Below are positions 56,563 to 64,000 of a stretch of 64,000 nt of DNA, piece after piece. Position 1 is the stretch's first letter, and each line of letters starts with the position of its first letter. The notes under the pieces were generated by a model, which was given only the letters and a program-made list of their open reading frames with translations, did no database searches and was not told the origin of the DNA. The stretch comes from an uncultured Gammaproteobacteria bacterium (GTDB lineage Bacteria > Pseudomonadota > Gammaproteobacteria > SZUA-152): positions 4,137 through 68,136 of the forward strand of contig CAJVYS010000004.1 of the NCBI GenBank assembly GCA_913009875.1, in the 5' to 3' direction. The position numbers and the translations under genes are program-made.

Positions 56563-57684
56563 CTAGATTTTTGCTGGACACCGCGGCAGGCCGAGGATGT
56601 CGAGGTATTCATCGGCGCTGCGGGCCACGGCAAAGTCGGCCACCGCTGCCCGCATGGCCTCGGCGGCAGGCGGCGCGGCCAGGGTGTCGAGGATGGCCTG
56701 GCCAAGACCTTTGTCATCGCCGACTGCGACCAGCGGACCAAAGCGTCCGTCCTGCAGGGTTTCGCGCGGGCCGCTGGGGCAGTCGGTGGATACCACCGGA
56801 GTGCCGCAGGCCATGGCCTCGGTGAGCACGTTGGGCGAGCCCTCCCAGCGCGAGGAGAGCACGAACAGATCGGCGGCGCGCATCCAGGCATAGGGATTGG
56901 CGGCGAAGCCGGGCAGGTCCACGTCCTCGGCCACGCCCAGCTCGGTGGCCAGGGCCAGAAGTTCATCGCGTTGGCCGCCGTCGCCGAGGATGATCAGCCG
57001 GCAGGGACGCACTTCACGGGCCTGGGCGAAGGCGCGGATCAGAGTGTGAAAGTCCTTCTGTCGGGTGAGGCGGCCGGCGCCAAGGATCACCGGCGTCTCA
57101 TGCTCGACAAACCAGGGATGCTCGAGCGGTGTTTCGGCCAGGGCCAGCAGGCGTGGGGTGATCACTGGATTATGTGCCACGCTGATGTGCTCCGGTGGCA
57201 TGCCGGTGACCCGCGCCGTGTCCTCGGCCACGCCGTGGGAGACGGCGATCACCTGCTCGGCCATGCGATAGCTCCAGCGCATGGGCAGGGTGCGTGTCAC
57301 CCGCCTCAGCCAGCCGCGCCCGGCCAGCGCCGCCGACAGGTTGGTGCCGAGACGGATGGCGATGCGCGTGTCCACCCCGGCGAGGCGCCGCGCCCACAGG
57401 GCCGCGCGGCCGGCGCGATCCTTGGCCACCAGCAGTACCGGTGGCTGGTTCCGGCGCAGCCAGCGGGCCAGGGGCGGGACGCTGGCCAGGGTGTGCTGCA
57501 CGCCGAGGCGGATCACATTGACCCCCTCTGGCAGCTCACGCAGGTGCTCACCTTCGGCGCGGATTAGCAGCAGGTCGATGTGATAGCCGCGGCGGACGAA
57601 TTCTTCCACCAGATTCAGCATCATGCGCTCCACGCCACCGGCGCCGGAGAAGGAGATGAGCACGGCGAGGCGGGGGGGAGTCAT
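56563..57684 (-). CDS. Family 1/4 glycosyltransferase (GT-B, LPS core/O-antigen)
   Basis: C-terminal EX7E-type GT4 signature region; start at MTPPRLAVLISFSGAGGVE. Confidence 0.75.
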   Translation of the reverse strand: MTPPRLAVLISFSGAGGVERMMLNLVEEFVRRGYHIDLLLIRAEGEHLRELPEGVNVIRLGVQHTLASVPPLARWLRRNQPPVLLVAKDRAGRAALWARRLAGVDTRIAIRLGTNLSAALAGRGWLRRVTRTLPMRWSYRMAEQVIAVSHGVAEDTARVTGMPPEHISVAHNPVITPRLLALAETPLEHPWFVEHETPVILGAGRLTRQKDFHTLIRAFAQAREVRPCRLIILGDGGQRDELLALATELGVAEDVDLPGFAANPYAWMRAADLFVLSSRWEGSPNVLTEAMACGTPVVSTDCPSGPRETLQDGRFGPLVAVGDDKGLGQAILDTLAAPPAAEAMRAAVADFAVARSADEYLDILGLPRCPAKI

Positions 57685-57828
57685 GTGCCGGCCCTCGTAA
57701 GGAAACGCAGAGGACGCAGAGGCGCGAAGGACGTGGAGAAAAGCGAAAAAATACCTTTGTGGTCTTTGCAGTGAAGGGCAGTTGTCGGGACAACGGCGGT
57801 GGACGGTGCCCAGTCCACGGTTTTTCTT

Positions 57829-57890
57829 TGTGGGAGCGGCTTCAGCCGCGAAGGATATGGCAAGCCCTTCGCGGCTGAAGCCGCTCCCAC
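57829..57890. repeat. REP pair (TTGTGGGAGCGGCTTCAGCCGCGAAGG ... inverted partner)
   Basis: Perfect long palindrome. Confidence 0.5.
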
Positions 57891-57975
57891 AAAACAATTC
57901 CTTTCTTGCTTTTCTTGACGCCCTTTGCGTCTTCGCGCCTTTGCGTTGAAAAGGGTCGATCGCACGGCGGACATT

Positions 57976-59802
57976 TTATGCTTCACTGATCCACTCCAGC
58001 GGATCTTCCTCGGCCGTCGGCACCCGCCCCGGCTCCTCGACGAACAGGCGATGCCAGATGGCGAATTGCATCAGTCCCCAGATCTCGCGGCTGGCGTCCT
58101 TGCCGGCCTTTTGCGCGGCGAGCATCTCGCTCACGCCCTCGGCGCGGAACCACTGGCGGATGGCCGGGTTGCGCGGCAGTTTCTCAGCCAGTCCGGCGAG
58201 GAAGTCGCCCTGCAGCCAGTCACCCACCGGCACGTGGAAGCCGCGCTTCTTGCGGTACAGGTGGTCGTGGGGCAGGTACTGCTCGGCCCAGCGCTTGAGG
58301 AACAGCTTGCCCTGGCCGGGGCGGATCTTCAGTTCGCTCGGCAGTGACAGGCCGAACTCGACGATACGGTGGTCGAGGAACGGCACCCGGCCTTCCAGGC
58401 CGAAGCCCATCAGCATGCGGTCGGCCTTGACCAGCAGGTTGTCGGGCAGGGCGGTGACCAGGTCGACGTACTGGCTGCGCTGCACGTCGTCCCAGCTGTG
58501 CGATGTGGCCTGCCAGGCGTCGATGAAGGGCTGGCGCACGGCCGCCTCCGCCGCCTGTAGTTCGGCGCCGAAGACCCGCTTCGGCCAGGGCTTGCGCCAG
58601 TGGCCGCGGGTGCGGAAGCCGCCGGAGCCGGGGGCGATCAGGTTCTTCGCCCAGCGCTGCAGGGCGGACTTGCGATAGCGGCCATAGCCGGCGAACACCT
58701 CGTCGCCGCCCTCGCCGGTGAACACCACCTTCAGTTCCCGGCTGGCGTGCTGGGCGAGGATGTCGGTGGGCAGGCTGGCGTAGTCGCGCATCAGCTCGTC
58801 GGCGGTCCACACCGTGTGCACCAGGCGCCGGAATACCGCCTGCTGGTCCAGCTTGAGCGGCGTGTGCTCGGTGCGGAACTGTTGTGCGATGCGCTCGGCG
58901 TCGTCCAGTTCGTCGCTTGAACTCGCGCCGCTGAAGCCCACGGAGAAGCTGCGGATGGGTTTTTCCTGATAGCGGTCGAGCATGGCCAGGAGAATGGCGG
59001 AATCGACGCCGCCGGAGAGGAACAGGCCGAAGGGCACGTCCGAGCGCATGTGCTCGTGCATGGCGCTGTCCATCAGCTCGTCAAATTCGCGTGCAGCCTC
59101 CTCGAAACCGCACTGGCGGGGTGTCACGTCCAGTGCCGACCAGTAGCGCCAGCGCTCCACGCGGCCGTTGGCGTCGATGCGCATGGCCTCGCCCGGCGGC
59201 AGGCGGTGGATGCCCTCGAAGATGGTCTCTTCACCGGTGTTGAACTGGCTCTGCAGGTACTGCACCAGGGCACGTGGATTGATGGCCGGTGGCGTCGGCA
59301 GCAGGGTCAGCAGGGCCTTGATCTCTGAGGCGAAGGCGATGCCGTCGGCGGTCTCGGCGTAGAACAGGGGTTTGATGCCGAGGCGGTCGCGGGCCAGGGT
59401 CAGGGTGCCTTCGCGTGCGTCATGCAGGGCGAAGGCGAACATGCCGCGCAGGCGCTGCAACCAGTCGCGCGGGTCGGCGGCGTAGGCGTGGAGGATGGTT
59501 TCGCAGTCGGAATGGGTGGCGAAACGGTGTCCGGCCGCCTGCAGTTCCTCGCGCAGCTCGACGAAGTTGTAGACCTCGCCGTTGGCCACCAGGGCCAGGC
59601 CGCGCTGGTCGTCGAACAGGGGCTGGTGACCGCCCTCGAGGTCGATGATGGACAGTCGCGTGTGCGCCAGGCCCAGGCCGCCGCGTAGATAGACGCCGCT
59701 GTCGTCCGGGCCTCGATGGTGCAGGGACGCAGCCATGCGCTGCAGGCGCTCGGCGGCGTCGGGACTGGGATGGCGATGATAGAAGCCGGCGATGCCGCAC
59801 AT
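57976..59802 (-). CDS. Asparagine synthase (glutamine-hydrolysing)-like amidotransferase
   Basis: MCGIAGF N-terminal Cys nucleophile; SGGVDS PP-loop; 608 aa; embedded in the LPS gene cluster. Confidence 0.85.
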   Translation of the reverse strand: MCGIAGFYHRHPSPDAAERLQRMAASLHHRGPDDSGVYLRGGLGLAHTRLSIIDLEGGHQPLFDDQRGLALVANGEVYNFVELREELQAAGHRFATHSDCETILHAYAADPRDWLQRLRGMFAFALHDAREGTLTLARDRLGIKPLFYAETADGIAFASEIKALLTLLPTPPAINPRALVQYLQSQFNTGEETIFEGIHRLPPGEAMRIDANGRVERWRYWSALDVTPRQCGFEEAAREFDELMDSAMHEHMRSDVPFGLFLSGGVDSAILLAMLDRYQEKPIRSFSVGFSGASSSDELDDAERIAQQFRTEHTPLKLDQQAVFRRLVHTVWTADELMRDYASLPTDILAQHASRELKVVFTGEGGDEVFAGYGRYRKSALQRWAKNLIAPGSGGFRTRGHWRKPWPKRVFGAELQAAEAAVRQPFIDAWQATSHSWDDVQRSQYVDLVTALPDNLLVKADRMLMGFGLEGRVPFLDHRIVEFGLSLPSELKIRPGQGKLFLKRWAEQYLPHDHLYRKKRGFHVPVGDWLQGDFLAGLAEKLPRNPAIRQWFRAEGVSEMLAAQKAGKDASREIWGLMQFAIWHRLFVEEPGRVPTAEEDPLEWISEA

Positions 59803-59807
59803 GGGGA

Positions 59808-60953
59808 TTACTCCGGGTTGTTGGCGCGCGCGGGTAGGCCCAGGGCGCGCAGGTAGCAGTCGGTGCTGTTTTCGATGGTATAGGGCAGGGCCGCCTGGCG
59901 CAGGTGCTTGGGGTTGGCCGGGGTGTCCAGGCTTTTTGCCATGGCTTCAGCCATGGCTTGGTGGTCGTCCACGGCCACCAGCTCGCCATATTTCCCGTCG
60001 GCGAGGATCTCGCGTGGGCCACTGGGGCAGTCGGTGGAGACCACCGGGGTGCCCATGGCCAGGGCCTCGATGAGCACAAAGCCCAGCCCTTCCCAGCGCG
60101 AGGCGAAGGCGAACAGGTCGGCATGGGCCATGAAGGCGAAGGGGTTGGGCTGGAAGCCGGCGAAGTCCACCGCGTCGGCGATGCCCAGCTCGGCGGCCTG
60201 CCGTTCCAGCTCGGCCTGCAGCTTGCCGCGGCCGAGGATCAGCAGGCGGCAGGGGCGTTGGCCGTGGAGGATGGCGAAGGCGCGCAGTAAGACGTCGTAG
60301 CCCTTGCGTTGGCCCAGCTCGCCGACGCTGAGGACGATGGGTGGGCCGTCGTTGTGGAACCAGGGGTGATCGGGCCGTGGCTGGGTGGTGTCTAAAAGCT
60401 CATCGGGTACCACCGGGCTGGGCACCACCTCGATGTGTTTGCGCGCCAGGCCGGTGTAGTCGGCCATGTCGTCGGCGACTCCGCGCGAGGTAACGATGAC
60501 CTGGTCGGCGAAGGGATACAGCCGCCCCATGGAGGTGCGCTGCAACCAGCGCTCGAAGGCACCGCGGTGGGCCAGGTCGATGGAAATGGTGGTGCCGGAG
60601 CTGAGTACCAGGCGGGTGGGCGCGCGGGCCAGGGCGCGCGCCAGCAGGGCGGTGCGGTTGACCCGATCCTTGTCGGCCAGCATCGCCGCCGGTCGCTCGC
60701 GGCGCAGGTAGCGCACGATGGCCGGCAGGCAGGTGTAGGTGTGGCGGCTGCCGAGGTCGACGATGCGCACGTTGTCCGGTACCGTCGAGAGGTTGGGGCC
60801 GTGGCGGCGCACTTTTAGCAGATCCACGGCATAGCCGCGCCGGGCCAGGGCGGGGATGAGGTGTTGCATGGCCCGGTCGACACCGCTGTGGCCGGAGGTG
60901 GATACGAAGATGGCGATGCGCGGGCCGTGAACGGTTATGTCAGAGGGTGTCAT
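59808..60953 (-). CDS. Family 1/4 glycosyltransferase (GT-B)
   Basis: Paralogous to 56563-57684 (similar N-terminal IAIFVSTSGHSGVDR / LISFSGAGGVER). Confidence 0.8.
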   Translation of the reverse strand: MTPSDITVHGPRIAIFVSTSGHSGVDRAMQHLIPALARRGYAVDLLKVRRHGPNLSTVPDNVRIVDLGSRHTYTCLPAIVRYLRRERPAAMLADKDRVNRTALLARALARAPTRLVLSSGTTISIDLAHRGAFERWLQRTSMGRLYPFADQVIVTSRGVADDMADYTGLARKHIEVVPSPVVPDELLDTTQPRPDHPWFHNDGPPIVLSVGELGQRKGYDVLLRAFAILHGQRPCRLLILGRGKLQAELERQAAELGIADAVDFAGFQPNPFAFMAHADLFAFASRWEGLGFVLIEALAMGTPVVSTDCPSGPREILADGKYGELVAVDDHQAMAEAMAKSLDTPANPKHLRQAALPYTIENSTDCYLRALGLPARANNPE

Positions 60954-61178
60954 GTTCAGAAGATTGGTCGTTTGCCAGGACAGATTGGAGTAGGTGTCAA
61001 GGGTGGATTTACAAGATGTCCCGAAGATCGTTGTGATGTTCCCCGATCAAGGTAGAGAGGCATGAGGGTATTGGTTGCTGGCGCCATGGTTGGATGATGC
61101 GAGTGGGGTCCGGTAGGTTTTCTGGGAGATGATATAGTAGCCCGCTTTGCTGGAAGTGACTATCTGGGGGGTGGTTGA

Positions 61179-61323
61179 ACCGCCCCGGGTTTGCCGGAGA
61201 CCCTATTTCTTGAGGCCGTGGGATACGCCACGCTGGAGTGGGCGGGCTGGCTCAACCACCGCCGGCTGCTAGAGCCGGTTGGCAACATCTCCCCAACAAG
61301 AAGGGGCGGCCATGGTGGCCTGA
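61179..61323 (+). pseudogene. C-terminal ~48-codon remnant of an IS3-family (rve integrase-core) transposase
   Basis: ETLFLEAVGYATLEWAGWLNHRRLLEPVGNISP... resembles the ...TLEWVDWFNNRRLLEPIGNIPPAE... transposase C-termini; no upstream ORF body. Confidence 0.5.
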
Positions 61324-61374
61324 CTCAAACAAACCGGTCTCCGGAATTCCCAGGGCGGTTCATTTGTTGACATA

Positions 61375-62679
61375 TTGAGGTTATGTAAGAGGGATTTGAT
61401 GGGATTTGTTAATGTTCTTGGTCGGGATGGTGGAGAGAATGGCTTAATGGGGCGGGTGGTGAATTATGGCGCTGTGATTATGCTCTCCTTGGTCACAGTT
61501 GCGCCTGGCTTGTCTCATGCCCTTTTTGTGTTGCTTTCTTTGGTGGGCATGGTAGCGAGAATGCCATTTGGAAGTGGGTTGAAGAGGCTGCCAATAGAAG
61601 TGTGGGCTGTGGTGCTGGTTTTTTTGGTGTCTCTCGCAGTAAGTCTCCTTTTTATCGTCATGGGGGGAGAGCTGCCTCGTTTGGGTTGGCGGAAGCTCGA
61701 GGATCTTTTCTGGCTTATTCTGCTTGTTCCGTCATGGTATCTCTTTCGTGAATATTTAAGTGTTAAGGCAATGGCATTGGGGGTCGCCGTTGGTGCACTG
61801 GTTTCTGGAGCATGGGCTATCTGGGAGGTGTTGAATCACGGAGTTGGATATCGTGCGGTCGGGATGACGGGAAAGCCGATAGTCTTTGGCATTTTGAGTA
61901 TGGGGCTGGCTACTATGGCTTTTGGGTTAAGTTTCTGCTTTGTGGAAAGGCGCTCTGTGCAGGTATTGATGTGGTGTGTGGCTGTGCTGGGGATCATGGC
62001 TGCGATCTTGTCAGGTAGTCGAGGCGCCTATCTGTTTGTTCCGATTTTGATGCTGGTCGTGTTGTACGTCTATCGTCATCAGTTTTCCGTATTGGTCAAG
62101 TGGGCATTGTTGCTGGTGTTCCTATCTGGCTCGTTGATTGCTTGGCAGTCAACATCATTGCCGGAGAGAATTGAAAAAGGCCTGGATGAAGTGGCCAGCT
62201 ATTTCGCTGAACATGATCCCAGTTTATCGGCCGTTGGAGGTACATCGCTTGGAGTGCGCTTTGAAATGTGGCGTGCGGCCGCAAGTGGGATAGCAGAACA
62301 TCCCCTGTTGGGTATTGGGCTGGGAAACATGAAAAGGTTTTTCGAAAGCAAGGCTTCGGAGGGAGGGTTCAATCCCAATGTTCGCCTGTATGATCATGCT
62401 CACAATGAGTATCTGAATGCGGCGCTGTCCAGGGGTGTTGCCGGGCTGTTGGCAACGGTTGGGGCTTTGCTGATCCCCTTGGTTTTTTTCTGGGGGAGGC
62501 TTTCTCAATATAAGTGCCTGGCTGTTTCTGGCATTGTTACCGTCCTCCTGTTTGCCTTCTCGGGCATGAGTGATTCAGTATTTTTCTTCAAAAAAGACCT
62601 GCTTCTTTACGGATTGTTCATCGTCATGTTGTCCGCCCTGATTCGAAAGGAATGTCGAAATGCCGATTCTGTTCGTTGA
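61375..62679 (+). CDS. O-antigen ligase-family (Wzy_C) membrane protein, lower GC
   Basis: Multi-TM protein; Wzy_C loop GIGLGN...YDHAHNEYL. Confidence 0.7.
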   Translation: MRLCKRDLMGFVNVLGRDGGENGLMGRVVNYGAVIMLSLVTVAPGLSHALFVLLSLVGMVARMPFGSGLKRLPIEVWAVVLVFLVSLAVSLLFIVMGGELPRLGWRKLEDLFWLILLVPSWYLFREYLSVKAMALGVAVGALVSGAWAIWEVLNHGVGYRAVGMTGKPIVFGILSMGLATMAFGLSFCFVERRSVQVLMWCVAVLGIMAAILSGSRGAYLFVPILMLVVLYVYRHQFSVLVKWALLLVFLSGSLIAWQSTSLPERIEKGLDEVASYFAEHDPSLSAVGGTSLGVRFEMWRAAASGIAEHPLLGIGLGNMKRFFESKASEGGFNPNVRLYDHAHNEYLNAALSRGVAGLLATVGALLIPLVFFWGRLSQYKCLAVSGIVTVLLFAFSGMSDSVFFFKKDLLLYGLFIVMLSALIRKECRNADSVR

Positions 62680-63922
62680 TATTGGGTCAGGTATTGTGCA
62701 GTACATGGCCGCAATGGCTGGGCGCACGCATGCTGGAGGTATATTTTACAGCAGGCGACCAACGGTAATCAGCAAGCTGAAGAAATTGCGGGTTAATCTC
62801 GCGATGGGCGAAGGTCATCGTTCTTCGGTTGTTTTGGATGATGTTAATGCTGTGCTCGACTCCAGCTCCGAGGCCAGTCTTATGTCTCGAGAAGTCGCCG
62901 AACGTTTGGCTAGAGAGGCACTGGCTGACTTGGGCAGTATCCTCTCGAGGTCAGATATTGAAGCTGTTTTCCTCTGGAATGGTTCTGGTATTTCGGCAAC
63001 TGCGGCCAGTATTCTGGCGGCAAGGCAGGGCATGCCGACGGTTTATGGGGAGAATGGCTATTTACCCGGAACAATGCAGATTGATCCGAAAGGTGTGAAT
63101 CAACTGGCGTCAATCACAGGAAAGGTCGCCGAGGGATATGCCCTGGACTCCCCCTCTGCTGAGGATGTGGCTGCCTACGATGTTACTAAGTCCAGGCATC
63201 TTGGCGGTGATAACAAATATAAGCCCCCCGAAATCAGGGTGCGTTCGTCAGTGTGCAGCAAGCTCCAAGAGAAAGTGCGAAAAGTTTCGTATGGGGGGCG
63301 AGTTTTCTCCTGGAGTGGGAGGCTGAACAGGTCGATTCCTTCCTCATTGCCTAGTGATGTGGAGGATTTCATTCTGCTGCCCATGCAGGTTGTAAAGGAC
63401 AGCCAATTAATCTGCCATTCACCCTTGTTTCACAATGATATGCCTCGCATGATCAGGGCTGTTCGTGCTGCCATGCAAGATGTGGGAGGCATAAGGCTGG
63501 TCGTGAAGGTTCACCCGGCCGAGCGAGAAGTTGATTACTCCAGGCTGGCCCAAGAGCTGCCCGACGTTGTTTTTCTTGCGGGAATGAGCGTCAAAGAGCT
63601 TTTGCCGCGCGCATCGGCTGTAGTGACGGTTAATTCAACCGTTGGATTCGAGGGGCTTGTTTTTGGCAAAGGTGTAGTGATGTTGGGGCAAAACTTTTAT
63701 CGAGTGGGAGGGGTCGTGTACCCGGTGCTCGCCGAAGATGAGATTGCCTCTTCCATAAGTAAGGCCGTGCATGGTCCTCCTTCATTTCAGGCGGTGAGCA
63801 ATTTTCTTGTCAATTGTCATGCGAATTATTTTGTCCGGGGAAGCTGGAAGGACTTCTCTGACGAGAGTTTGGATAATGTAGCCCGGCGAGTAGATGAAAT
63901 AGTGGGATTGCAGTCAGGGTGA
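62660..63922 (+). CDS. Capsule polysaccharide biosynthesis (KpsS/Capsule_synth-like) family protein
   Basis: 420 aa soluble protein resembling KpsS/LpsZ-type proteins; lower GC than flanks. Confidence 0.55.
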   Translation: MPILFVDIGSGIVQYMAAMAGRTHAGGIFYSRRPTVISKLKKLRVNLAMGEGHRSSVVLDDVNAVLDSSSEASLMSREVAERLAREALADLGSILSRSDIEAVFLWNGSGISATAASILAARQGMPTVYGENGYLPGTMQIDPKGVNQLASITGKVAEGYALDSPSAEDVAAYDVTKSRHLGGDNKYKPPEIRVRSSVCSKLQEKVRKVSYGGRVFSWSGRLNRSIPSSLPSDVEDFILLPMQVVKDSQLICHSPLFHNDMPRMIRAVRAAMQDVGGIRLVVKVHPAEREVDYSRLAQELPDVVFLAGMSVKELLPRASAVVTVNSTVGFEGLVFGKGVVMLGQNFYRVGGVVYPVLAEDEIASSISKAVHGPPSFQAVSNFLVNCHANYFVRGSWKDFSDESLDNVARRVDEIVGLQSG

Positions 63923-64000
63923 AAGAAGAAACGGGCTGGGGTCATGGAAATATGACTCCAATGGATCCGGGGTCAATGCGTGCGATGGACATTCTGGTTG

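Overview
High-GC (~65%) gammaproteobacterial chromosome segment, probably Pseudomonas-like. Evidence for that guess: Pseudomonas-type REP palindromes (GTGGGAGCGGCTTCAGCCGCGAA, GTAGGAGCGGGCCATGCCCGCGAA) and the conserved gene order hemE-gltD-gltB-(DamX-like)-aroB-aroK-pilQPONM / ponA, plus glnE-ilvE and an LPS-core cluster. Most of the window is housekeeping: NhaP antiporter; PhnD-like binding protein with a PAS sensor kinase; Fur-boxed fbpAB; a glycerol-phosphate module; selO, erpA-like, rpmE, maeB, an HD-GYP protein; gltBD; type IV pilus genes; mrcA; glnE; ilvE; gmhA. Accessory material is concentrated at three places. (1) 7.3-13.7 kb: a decayed defense island with a metallophosphoesterase, type I R-M remnants (hsdM', a duplicated hsdR 5' end, and an in-frame RhuM'::HsdR' fusion with frameshifts), vapBC, hicAB and an HTH protein. 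It ends in a tRNA 3' fragment followed by AT-rich DNA. No integrase, hsdS or fbpC is present. (2) A WGR-domain gene and a dGTPase gene sit between aroB and the DamX-like gene. (3) 55.6-64 kb: a variable LPS-core/O-antigen cluster (sulfotransferase, two GT4 glycosyltransferases, AsnB-like amidotransferase, an IS3-type transposase remnant, a lower-GC O-antigen ligase and a KpsS-like gene). The most interesting signal is a pair of homologous ~130-150 nt structured elements (7507-7640 and 37743-37892). They lie in the same orientation, share three hairpins, and show a compensatory base change, a G·U wobble and a terminator-like 3' hairpin. Each sits immediately left of an accessory insertion. I read this as a candidate undescribed sRNA family or insertion-associated site. 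Several short-repeat families are also present (two REP types, a MITE-like element with 26-bp terminal inverted repeats, and a CTTTGCG-heptad palindromic element).
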